A DNA stretch of 64,000 bases from a virus. The position numbers were made by a program, and so were the translations under genes. Shown one piece after another: positions 10,018 to 20,300 of the stretch. The DNA is taken from positions 1 through 64,000 of IMG/VR virus record IMGVR_UViG_3300020448_000003; one strand, written 5' to 3'. Below the pieces are notes generated by a model. The model was not told the DNA's origin. It made no database searches and saw nothing but the letters and a program-made list of their open reading frames with translations. The first letter of the stretch is position 1. Every line of letters begins with the position of its first letter.

Positions 10018-11553
10018 TTAGAACTCTACTACGATCTTGATGTCTTCAATTTGGTCTCCAGCACGAGAGATTGCTCTCCTATTGTCTATGTAGATGACTT
10101 TTCCAGAGTCCTTTTTCACTTCTGGTTTTGCATATCCAGATGTGAACGACATACCTAGGTCATATTCCGTGTTGTTTATAACACGTGTTGCCTCACCAGG
10201 AATAATAGGGAAGTTAATATCAGGGTCAGCAGAAGTACCAGATCCTGAACCTACAACTGTATTACCTCCATCAAATACAGTTTTGTTACCAGAAATTTCT
10301 GGGAAGATACCATCAACTCTGTTCTGATAATATTTCAAAACTTTAGTTGTTGAGTTCCAAGAAACAACTCTACCTCTAGCAGTCACCTGTTGACCACCAA
10401 TAGTACGAGTTTGTGTAATAATTTCATCCGTGTTGAATGAACCTGTGAAATCTGGAGAAAATATCACAGCGTTTGTAGATGATAATGTAATAGCATCTGC
10501 AAGTTCTTCAGTACCGTATTTAAGTGGATTCAAATTTAATCCAATACGTCTGTAATCGTTATCAGTTGGGAAGTCACCTGATCCTTCATCGTAAGTAAAC
10601 TTCGTGTTAATCATCACACGATATCCACCAAGTTCGATTGCTGGATTAGATCCGTGTCCACCTTTCGGAGGAATGATTACGTCAATAGCACCACCACTAC
10701 CTGTACCAGCACCAATACCATTAATCTCATCAATAATAACTTTACCAAAGGAATAATTAGATCCTCCAGAGGTTACAGTAGCGTTTACAATACGTCCACC
10801 ATCAACCACAACTGAGATTCTTCCACCAGTACCATCTCCTTTTACAGGGATGTTTTCATATGTACCATTGTTATATCCAGAACCAGATGATTGGATAACA
10901 ACTGTATCAATTTCACCACCAACAGCATCAGATATAACAGCAGTATCAGTCAAAACTGGCATATAATCACCAGAGAAGAATTTCAAAACCTGACCAACAG
11001 GGATAGTAAACATATACTTCCAACGATAACCATCAGCAGTCGTGATAATAGATGTAGATGTACCTGTCGGTTCAACCGTTGATGGTTTACCATTCGGATC
11101 TGAGGGCGACGTTCCATTGTAGATACATTTATATGCTTGATATGAACTGTTTACAACGTAGAAATCTGCGTCATATAATTTAGTAGCACCAGAAGATGCA
11201 GTCTTACTAGATGAGTAATCGTGACGATACATATCGTACACATAACCCAAACCACCAGTAGTTTGTTCTGGAGGTATCCAGTCAATACGACGTATAACCT
11301 GTACAGCGTCATTAGCAAGAACACGCTTCATAGAGATCATATCATCATATGCGTCAGAGAACTCCTGAAATGAATCAACAGGTGTTGGTGGATTGTTTTC
11401 GTTGTCCCATTCTTGGGGTCTACCAATAAAAACATACAAGCGATCTCTGTTTGCACCAGCAGCTATGTCACTCTGGTTCTTGTCAGGACCTTCAAGTGAT
11501 TTGATGAACTTCTCCGCAGTGAATATTCTAAATTGGTCAGTTAGTAGTGCCAT
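10018..11553 (-). CDS. gp8: Baseplate wedge subunit gp8
   Basis: LYVFIGRPQEW, VYDMYRHDY, YKCIYNG, DGYRWKYMFTI motifs and C-terminal YIDNRRAISRAGDQIEDIKIVVEF. Confidence 0.9.
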   Translation of the reverse strand: MALLTDQFRIFTAEKFIKSLEGPDKNQSDIAAGANRDRLYVFIGRPQEWDNENNPPTPVDSFQEFSDAYDDMISMKRVLANDAVQVIRRIDWIPPEQTTGGLGYVYDMYRHDYSSSKTASSGATKLYDADFYVVNSSYQAYKCIYNGTSPSDPNGKPSTVEPTGTSTSIITTADGYRWKYMFTIPVGQVLKFFSGDYMPVLTDTAVISDAVGGEIDTVVIQSSGSGYNNGTYENIPVKGDGTGGRISVVVDGGRIVNATVTSGGSNYSFGKVIIDEINGIGAGTGSGGAIDVIIPPKGGHGSNPAIELGGYRVMINTKFTYDEGSGDFPTDNDYRRIGLNLNPLKYGTEELADAITLSSTNAVIFSPDFTGSFNTDEIITQTRTIGGQQVTARGRVVSWNSTTKVLKYYQNRVDGIFPEISGNKTVFDGGNTVVGSGSGTSADPDINFPIIPGEATRVINNTEYDLGMSFTSGYAKPEVKKDSGKVIYIDNRRAISRAGDQIEDIKIVVEF

Positions 11554-11575
11554 ATGACTGCTATTGCCTTCCTTT

Positions 11576-11583
11576 TATTTATA
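11576..11583 (-). promoter_or_regulatory. T4-type late promoter TATAAATA
   Basis: Exact consensus just upstream of gp8. Confidence 0.8.
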
Positions 11584-11589
11584 CTAGGT

Positions 11590-13458
11590 TTAATCAGGTT
11601 CATTACGAACTGAGGAAGGATAGAAAATTTGTTGTATCGTTCCCACAATTCCAGACCCATTACCTGTGATTGTTTCATTACTATTCCATAAGAAATTACC
11701 AGCATTTCCTACAGTTGAACCTATTGATAAGGTTTTTGTTGCTGCATCCCAAGCGGTAACTATACCAGTGATACCAGTGATAGATCCTACAACCGTTTCA
11801 CCTACAGTATAGTTACCTGTTGTATGTGAACGGAATAAGAAATCTACTTGTGCAACGTGTACATCTCCATCACCTAATGAACCCGCAACGGATACTGTAG
11901 GTGATAATGGAGGATTTGAACCATCAGACATTTGGTCTCCAACAGCAAACAATGTTGTATTGGTACCACCTAATGTTTCCTCAATACCATATAATGATGA
12001 TGCTACACCACCATCTAGATTTATCTCTCCAGCAAAATCAGTGCCAGTATTGATCAAATCAGGTATACCGTCACCAGCACCATCTAATTCAGCAATATCT
12101 TCAAAGTTTTTATCAGCTATTGAACTAATAGGATCTGTTAATGTGATTATAGTTGATCCTGCTTCATCAATAATATTATGTGGTTCAACACCAGTTTGAG
12201 TAGATGATGCAACACCAGCATAAAAGTCAATAACCTGAGATTTAATTTGAGATGAACCACCATCAATAAATGCTAGTTCGTCAACTTCAAATGTCAGATA
12301 CAATGCTCTTTCAGATGGTATCCAATCATATACCCTAGCAATTTTATTACCAGAACTTTCATTAGTTCTGACAACTCTATCACCAACAAAGAAATTATAT
12401 CCTGATACACCAGCATTAGAATCTGCAAGTGCATCTAATGTTACTTTTTGATCGTATCTAAAGTTTAATGCACGGTCACAACCAGTAAATGATGTACCTG
12501 TCTTACCTGTATATCTTATTACTTCTCTTCCAATTAATATTTTTCCTGAACCTGGATATGGATCAGTTGTTTGAACAAATATCGTTTGATCATTCTCATC
12601 AACATTTGTCAATAGACCAGTAATATCATATAGTGTAGAGTTAAATGCTTGTCTATTTCTTGATGTTTTAGTTAAGTTTGTATTTCTAGTAAAGAGAACT
12701 GAAGGAGCAGTTGAATATCCACCACCAGGATTAGTGACAGAAATATCAATAATAGCACCAAGATCAACAGTTGCTATTGCTTTACCACCAGATCCACCAC
12801 CACCATTCAATAGAATAACAGGAGGTGTCTCATAAAATTCACCTTGATTTGATATATTGATTGATTTAACAATACCAAATTCATTAACTTCAGCAACACC
12901 AGTTGCACCCTGTCCTCCACCACCAGACACAATTAAGTTAACGTCACCTATTTCATAATTAGATCCAGCTTGTTCTAATGATAAACCCGTTACAAGACCC
13001 GTAACAGGACGTAATTCAGCACCAGATCCACCACCACCTTCAACTGTAGCAGTTACAACATCTGAAAAATATTCATCTCCATTAGATAAAACCTGAATAT
13101 ATTGAATTGATCCAGCAGGAGCAAATACATTACCATTAATATCAATTTGATCTGTCTCGTATAATATTGCTTTTGCTGCTGCACCCTTACCATTACCAGC
13201 AGTTTCTATTTTGATCCTAAATGGATCATATCCTTCACCAGGATCTAATACTTTTACAGCAGCGATTTGACCGTTAGTAATTATAGGTTCTAGAACTGCT
13301 TCTCTAATAGGAGTTCCACAGTTACCGATAGTTAACTGAGGTGGGTCAGACTGGTTATAACCACTACCGCCATCCACCACAAAAACATCTCTAACGCCAA
13401 ATATAGAATTAAAGAGTGGTTCAATTACTGCACCTTGTCCTGGGACTGTTCTTGCCAT
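11590..13458 (-). CDS. Virion structural protein with GxGY repeats
   Basis: Repeated GGSGY/PGEGY/GGGGxGA units like those in gp7; lies in the baseplate cluster. Confidence 0.75.
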   Translation of the reverse strand: MARTVPGQGAVIEPLFNSIFGVRDVFVVDGGSGYNQSDPPQLTIGNCGTPIREAVLEPIITNGQIAAVKVLDPGEGYDPFRIKIETAGNGKGAAAKAILYETDQIDINGNVFAPAGSIQYIQVLSNGDEYFSDVVTATVEGGGGSGAELRPVTGLVTGLSLEQAGSNYEIGDVNLIVSGGGGQGATGVAEVNEFGIVKSINISNQGEFYETPPVILLNGGGGSGGKAIATVDLGAIIDISVTNPGGGYSTAPSVLFTRNTNLTKTSRNRQAFNSTLYDITGLLTNVDENDQTIFVQTTDPYPGSGKILIGREVIRYTGKTGTSFTGCDRALNFRYDQKVTLDALADSNAGVSGYNFFVGDRVVRTNESSGNKIARVYDWIPSERALYLTFEVDELAFIDGGSSQIKSQVIDFYAGVASSTQTGVEPHNIIDEAGSTIITLTDPISSIADKNFEDIAELDGAGDGIPDLINTGTDFAGEINLDGGVASSLYGIEETLGGTNTTLFAVGDQMSDGSNPPLSPTVSVAGSLGDGDVHVAQVDFLFRSHTTGNYTVGETVVGSITGITGIVTAWDAATKTLSIGSTVGNAGNFLWNSNETITGNGSGIVGTIQQIFYPSSVRNEPD

Positions 13459-13462
13459 TTAA

Positions 13463-15112
13463 TCATTTGACTGTGATTGTACCTATCATTGCAGGGTGTG
13501 ATGTGCATTGATAGTAAAGGGTGTTTGGAGCATCGAATGGAACTGTCCAAACTTGAAGTGCTGTTTTACTTCCTGAAATTCCACCTGTATATTCTGAACC
13601 TTGATCAGAAGTTCTAATTTCTAGTGGATGTCCACCAGCATTGTTCTTAAGATCATAAGTAAATCCTCTATGAACTACAAGAGGACCATTAGCAGCATTA
13701 CTTGCAGAGCCAGGTCCATTTACTATGTAATTCGTCATACCATTAGCAGTGAACACATATAAAATTGTTGGAGATGGTTTGTAGATAGTAGAGTTATCGT
13801 GTCCTTTAATAATAGAAGAACCAGCAGGAGCATTGTTCAACTGAGAACCAATACCACCACCAATTTCATTAAATCCACTACCATTATCAACTTCAATATC
13901 ACCGTTAGTACCAATCTTCATTTTCTTGGTACCAATATTAATTGTACCGTTAGAAGGAAGTTCTAAGTTTCCATCAGTATCAATTTTTAATTTACGTGCA
14001 CTTGTACCAAAACGTAATTCACCGTCTGGAACTGTTAAGTTACCAGATGCGTCCATACTAATTTTGTTAGTAGTACCAAACTGAATATCTGTACCAGCAG
14101 CAAGAATCAAGTTGTCACTACCATCGAATGATAGTTTTTTATTTGCACCACTACCAAATTTAAGTTCAGCAGACTCTGGAATCTGTAAGTTACCAGAACT
14201 ATCAAATTCAATAGTATTGCTACTACCAAAATCTAATTTTTGTCCTGTTATTGCAACTGTACCTGTTTCATCTTCACTCAACATCTTATTTACAGATGTT
14301 ATATGAACAGGGTTAGTGGTTGATAATTCTTGAGATTGGTTGTCACCAGCAGCACTAACTGTAATAAAACCACGTGCTGCACCATTCTGAGCAGTAAACG
14401 ATACAAAATCAACCTCTGCTTTTGCACCAGTTGAATCTTCGATATGTAACTTAGTACCAGCTGTCATAGCACTAAAACGAGTTCTGAATTGCTCTTCTTG
14501 TGTTGAGTCTTCAGAAGATAGTTTTGATGATACAGTTCTAGTTGCACCTGTGTTAATACTTTCTACAGTATGTGTTTTCTTCTTCTTTCTTTGTAATTCT
14601 TGTGTAGTTGGATCTGCACTTATAGCGGTATCACCCAAGAAGATAGATGCGTTTGTAAAATAACCATCACGAAATCTTAGAGTTGAAGATCCAAGATCAA
14701 ATGTATTATCACTATTAGGTAAAAAATGAGTATTTACAACAACATTACCAGAACCATTGTTGGTTAGGTTAGTAATAGATGAACCACCGCCACCACCACC
14801 TTGTAGATCGTCGCCTGGCTGCCAGCGAGCATTTGCAGTATTCCACTTAAGAACCTGTCCGTTAGTAACCCCACTAACGTCCACGTCTGTCAGATTAGAT
14901 GCAGCAAGTTGTCCTTCAGTAAATACTGAACCGTTCCATTTTAAAACTTGGTTGGTTGATGGAGATCCAACACTAATTTGTAGATTGGTGTCATCGCCAA
15001 GAAAGGTATATAACTCGTTTATAACATTATTGAGTTTTATAGCACCATCTCTCAGGGTATCACCTGTTCCATCATTGGCACTTACACCAATATTGAGATT
15101 CTGTTTAGCCAT
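13463..15112 (-). CDS. gp9/gp10-like baseplate-attached fibre with C-terminal cupredoxin-like domain
   Basis: N-terminus MAKQNLNIGVSANDGTGDTLRDGAIKLNNVINELY; QVLKWN repeats; beta repeats; C-terminal GHP...YYQCTSHPAM. Confidence 0.75.
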   Translation of the reverse strand: MAKQNLNIGVSANDGTGDTLRDGAIKLNNVINELYTFLGDDTNLQISVGSPSTNQVLKWNGSVFTEGQLAASNLTDVDVSGVTNGQVLKWNTANARWQPGDDLQGGGGGGSSITNLTNNGSGNVVVNTHFLPNSDNTFDLGSSTLRFRDGYFTNASIFLGDTAISADPTTQELQRKKKKTHTVESINTGATRTVSSKLSSEDSTQEEQFRTRFSAMTAGTKLHIEDSTGAKAEVDFVSFTAQNGAARGFITVSAAGDNQSQELSTTNPVHITSVNKMLSEDETGTVAITGQKLDFGSSNTIEFDSSGNLQIPESAELKFGSGANKKLSFDGSDNLILAAGTDIQFGTTNKISMDASGNLTVPDGELRFGTSARKLKIDTDGNLELPSNGTINIGTKKMKIGTNGDIEVDNGSGFNEIGGGIGSQLNNAPAGSSIIKGHDNSTIYKPSPTILYVFTANGMTNYIVNGPGSASNAANGPLVVHRGFTYDLKNNAGGHPLEIRTSDQGSEYTGGISGSKTALQVWTVPFDAPNTLYYQCTSHPAMIGTITVK

Positions 15113-15136
15113 AGTAGGGGGGTTATTCTACGTTTT

Positions 15137-15144
15137 TATTTATG
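15137..15144 (-). promoter_or_regulatory. Late promoter variant CATAAATA
   Basis: NATAAATA about 25 nt upstream of the ATG at 15112. Confidence 0.65.
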
Positions 15145-17302
15145 TAAGGTCGAATTCATAATTAGTTGCGTCAAGTCTGATATTATTTCTAGTAAAGTCT
15201 GGGTTATTGTTGTCCCTATCAAAAGGAACTGAAGTCATATCAAATTTACCGACATTACTGTCCCACTTCAAAATACCAGATGTATCTTGTTGACTCGTTC
15301 CACCTGTTACGGTGAGGATTGCTAGGTTACTTGCAAGAGGTGAATTAGATGCTTGTGTCTGTTCTCCAACAGGACCTATACACACACATCTATACCTGTA
15401 ACCTGACATAAACGCTTGTGCTACTACTTGCAAGGAAGAACTATTCTGTCCTGTAAGGTTAGCCCAAGTAAATCCACCATCGGTAGATACTTGCCACTGG
15501 TAAGCGATAGTACCAGCTTCAGGTTCAATTACAGCAATCAAACTAAAAGTTTGTGTACCACCATCAGCAATAGTTGCATTGGTAGGTTGATTTGTAATTA
15601 CCAGACTAGGTGTTTGTGGTGTGCTACTACCTCCTTCACTTTCACCTCCACTAGCAGGAGGTGCACCAACACCTTGGTTGCTAGGTATATTTAGCGTCTG
15701 TTTTGATGAAAGACCAAATATGTATGGAAACTTAGGAGTTAGATAGCGATTTGGAACTACAGTAATAGTACTGGTTCCAGACATACTTGGATGAAATTGA
15801 CAAAAATAATATAAGTGTGATGGTGCAGTTTCGCCAACTGTAATTTCAATATAGGCACCAGCAGTACCAGGTGTGCCCACTTGAGTAACACCTGTTGTGT
15901 ATGTAGTACCAGCACCGTGAAAACCATCAGATGCGTCAGATAATAATAAATTATGATTCAGGTTGGAAGCATCAGAAAGTATGAACTTATATGTACTACC
16001 TTTAATAAATGTTAAGTTTGGATGAAGTGCTCCATCAATTCTATATCTGTTACCATCAGTTTCACTCGTAACTGTTACTGTATACTCTTTAGTCTCAGTT
16101 TGATCTTCCCATACTGTTGTAAAGTATGCAAAGGTTCCACTTGGAAATTCTGGAGTATTACAAAAACGACCATTATAAACATCTAAGTGTCTACCAGATG
16201 TATCAGCATTATATTCATAATCTTCCATTAATGCTCCTATAGGAGGATTAGCAAAAGTTGTACCATATGCAGGACGACCAGTAGCAATACTCATTTTTTG
16301 TTGATATCCAGTTTTCATAAGAACAACTGCTGATGTATTATCAGTCGGATTATTATATCCGTAAGGTCCATATACAGGATAACCATCAAATGCAAATCCT
16401 AAAATTTTAGAATGTCCATCAGGGTGACGCATATTATCCTGTCCAAACTGACTTTGACCATAGTAATCGTTATAACCAGACATTACTTGGTTTGTTTTCC
16501 AACAAGTCAACATATCAGCATCGTGATAATGATACTGTCCAGATGCTTCAGGATGTCCACCACAACCATCCTCACCAAATGTCACCATTGCCTCGTCACC
16601 AGCAGAAACCCAATGGAATCCTGAAGGAGGATCACCAACAGTGCTGCTCAGATTTAATTGATTACCCTGTCCTGTGTGATAATGACACCAATAGTGAAGC
16701 GTTGATGGTGCATTACTGGGTACTACCCAAGTTATTGTACGTGTGGTAGCAGAAGTAAACTGCATAACGTACTCCATCATAGTTTTAGTGACACCATCTA
16801 ATTTGTAAGTGACACCCATCATATAATGATCTCCACCAGCTAATTCTCCATCACTAGATGTACTGAACATCATTGGGTGGTGCATAGCATTGTAATTAGC
16901 ATTAGATGTTGCTGATTGATCAAAAGTATATGTTGCTCCAATCTTAATATCAAATGCTGGTTTTTCTATACCATTAAAATAAAATACACCTGTAGATTGT
17001 CCACTAACACTATCTACACCTACTGTAACTGACACATTATATGCGTCAGGACCATTGGCAGCACTAGCATTGTATATTGCAACTCCATTAGCACTCATAC
17101 CAATGATACCCACTGGTGTTGAACCAGAAGCAGTTGTATTTTCTCCACCCCTATACAAGAAAGAATGGTTAAAAGTATATGCTGTTGGTGTATATGGATT
17201 ACTTACATTAGGAAATGTGCCATAAGACACAGGAGTTGGCATCCCATCACCTGTTATGGTTAATATCTTCGTCGCTGGATTGTAAGTACCTTCTGCTGCC
17301 AT
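15140..17302 (-). CDS. YHYH-domain virion protein with two cupredoxin-like domains and an Ig-like domain
   Basis: GGHP...QYHYH, GFAFDGYPVYGPYG, LDVYNGRF; WCHYHTGQ and YFCQFHPSM; TNQPTN...YQWQ Ig-like domain. Confidence 0.8.
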   Translation of the reverse strand: MAAEGTYNPATKILTITGDGMPTPVSYGTFPNVSNPYTPTAYTFNHSFLYRGGENTTASGSTPVGIIGMSANGVAIYNASAANGPDAYNVSVTVGVDSVSGQSTGVFYFNGIEKPAFDIKIGATYTFDQSATSNANYNAMHHPMMFSTSSDGELAGGDHYMMGVTYKLDGVTKTMMEYVMQFTSATTRTITWVVPSNAPSTLHYWCHYHTGQGNQLNLSSTVGDPPSGFHWVSAGDEAMVTFGEDGCGGHPEASGQYHYHDADMLTCWKTNQVMSGYNDYYGQSQFGQDNMRHPDGHSKILGFAFDGYPVYGPYGYNNPTDNTSAVVLMKTGYQQKMSIATGRPAYGTTFANPPIGALMEDYEYNADTSGRHLDVYNGRFCNTPEFPSGTFAYFTTVWEDQTETKEYTVTVTSETDGNRYRIDGALHPNLTFIKGSTYKFILSDASNLNHNLLLSDASDGFHGAGTTYTTGVTQVGTPGTAGAYIEITVGETAPSHLYYFCQFHPSMSGTSTITVVPNRYLTPKFPYIFGLSSKQTLNIPSNQGVGAPPASGGESEGGSSTPQTPSLVITNQPTNATIADGGTQTFSLIAVIEPEAGTIAYQWQVSTDGGFTWANLTGQNSSSLQVVAQAFMSGYRYRCVCIGPVGEQTQASNSPLASNLAILTVTGGTSQQDTSGILKWDSNVGKFDMTSVPFDRDNNNPDFTRNNIRLDATNYEFDLT

Positions 17303-20300
17303 TAGTTGTCATCGAATATTTGATCAGGTGTGAAGTTATCAACAGTTGTTGCACCGATGTTGATTGTCAATGTAGCAGCGTTAGAGAGTGTAGGTGTAGC
17401 ACCTGTGGAAGTTAATCCAACTCTAAATTCATCGCCACCATCACCCTGAGTTGTGACAGGAGTAGTGTAAACACTTGATGTAGCACCGTCAATATTTATC
17501 CAAGTATCAGTTCCGTAATCCTTCTTCTGCCACTGATAATTGATTGTATTTCCACTAGGTGTTGTAGTTGCAACCACAGTAAACGAAGCAGTCTGACCTT
17601 GGTTAACAGTTACGTTAACTGGTTGAGAAGCAACTGTTATAAGAACTTCACCTTGTGCTTGAGATTCACCTGTTGGAATGTAATTAGGATCGTAGATATC
17701 AATACCACCGTTAACACCTTCACCTGTAGGTCCTAAGAAATCATCTGCAACCGTAGTAGAAACAGTAACTGTAGGTTGTACATAACCTTGACCAGCATTC
17801 TTAACATCAATACGTGCAAGACCAACAAGTGCTTTGATCTTACCACCGAAACCAGAGGAGGAAATCACATCAACGTTTGGACGAGTTGTATAACCATCAC
17901 CTGAGTTTGTAAGTATTGCTTCAGTAATACGTCCTTTCTCAATAGTTGCAAGGGCATCTGCATTACGTCCACGTACAGATCCTGTATACTCAAATGTAAT
18001 TAGTGAGTTAGAAGATTCAATAAGAGCAACTTCTCTTTCAAATTCTTCACCTTCAATGAATAAGTTATCTCCAGATTCAATAGGAGGTACGACTGTTGCA
18101 GCGATAACGTCAACATCAGAACCAACATAAGAGAATGCAACGAATGTAGAACCAGCACGAGGAACTTCAGAGAAGATAATACGTGAACCAACAAGTTCAA
18201 AACCGATACCTGGTTCCTGTATAACACCATTTAACTGACATATAATATTGTTCTCAGGTAAGATTGTATTTGACTGTACACCATCAGTTAGAGTCAATGA
18301 GTAGAACACTCCATTTAACTTCAAGTTGAATGAGTTACGTAATGAGTCAAAGTCGAATGAGATATCATCTAACTGTCTTAACTTACCTACGTACACACCG
18401 TGGAAACTAGATCCAGCAGCAGGAGCTTCAGTAAACTGTATATTATCTGAGAATGCAGTGAATGCGTTATTACCGCCTGGTGGTTGTAGAATACCATTCA
18501 CAAATATCATCATATGACCAGCTGGATCTGGGAAGTATGCAGTACCGTTTTCTTGAGTTAATTTAAAGTTTTTCTGTACTCCGTCAAACCCTCTAAAGAA
18601 CCTTCTAACACGACCACGTAAAGTCTTAGCAACAGAACAAGCACCTCTGAATCCATAATCACCGATGATCTGAGCATTTTTGACGAATGTTCCAGAAGTA
18701 TCACCCAAATGAATGATCGCACGAATACCAATTTGTTCAATTTTTTCGATTCTTCCATATGCACTCGTATTTGTAATAGTTACCGCAGCGATTCCTTGTG
18801 TATAAACACTTGGGAAGTTTGAACCAGCAGGAATCTTAGAAAGTGTATATGCAGCGTCACCAGCAACAACTGTTAAGTCATCACCAATAGCAGAGAATCT
18901 ACCTGTTTCATTTGCAAGGTATACGTGATTGTTATCAGCATCGTGCTCAGTAACAACAAATGTATGTCCTACAGACTGTCCAGCATTTTGTAATTGTAAA
19001 GTATCACCAACTTGGAAAGTATCAGTAACTCCAGTATCAGTAATTAACGCAGAATATGTAAATCTGGTAATTGTTGTTGTATGGAGATACTCACCAAAAT
19101 TAGGTAATTGATTAAATCCTTCAATTTCAATAATCTGATCAGTAACAGAACCGTAGATAACATCACCAGGTTCAAAGGAACCTACTACAGTAGATACATC
19201 ATATGTTACTCGACCTGATTGGTTATCAAGCAATGAACCATCATTATTTCTAACAATAAGAGCATTTGCTTTTCCAGAGTCTTGCTTACTGTATATTATA
19301 TCGGTAGCGATAAATTCACCCTGTTTAAAGTTGACGAGGATACGTTTATGTGGAGATGCTGATGCAGTAGCAGTTGCACCTGATGTAATACCCTCAAGAT
19401 TATCTGAATTTGCAAATGTTCCACCAGACATTATAACTTTAATATAAGTTGAATTATCAGTTGCAAGGACTGTACCAGTATTTCCTGTAGCACCTACCTT
19501 AACAATCTGCTCACCATTTTCAAACTTAACAGATCCACTTGTATGTGTTACTGGAACATATTCTACCTTGTATAAAACTTGTGCAAGGTTATCTTGTATT
19601 CTGATTACTTCAGCATATGCACCACTTGTACCACCGAAGAATATATCAGCAGTATTAATTCCACCTTGTATAGGTGTAGGAATATCTCTAGTACCATATG
19701 TGGTCTCAACACGATGTATACCGTTGTTAACACCAACAGAGAATGTATGAATTTGACCAGGTGTGCCAGGTGTAAGACTTGTTATTACATCTCCGTCAAT
19801 ATATTCTGTTAGGTATATTTTGTTTGTAGTTGTATTTGGGTGAATATAATATTGTGCTCTATCAAGTTCTGTAACAGCAGTACCAAGAACAATATAATTG
19901 ACCACATCGTATGCTTCAAATTTATGTCCAACAGAATCTATAGAACCATCAGTATTAACAGCAACACCAACGTCAATAGATTCAGTTAGATATACAGTAG
20001 GAAGTGAAGATCTCTCAAGACCTACCATTACTAAGTGGAATAATTGATGAATCTTATGTACAGCAGTTGCAGTAGGACGTAGTTCTCTATTAGTATAAGG
20101 AATCTCAGAGTTATTAGGACCTGGGTTGAGACAATCTTGCTCTACGGTATTAACCATATATTCTTTCACCGCTTCAGCGTGATATATCAAATATGTCCTA
20201 AAGACACCAGGATAAGCAACAAAGTTACCATTACTATCAAACCAACTATTAACTAATTGGATAGTTGCTATATTACCACCAGTAATGATGTCATATATCA

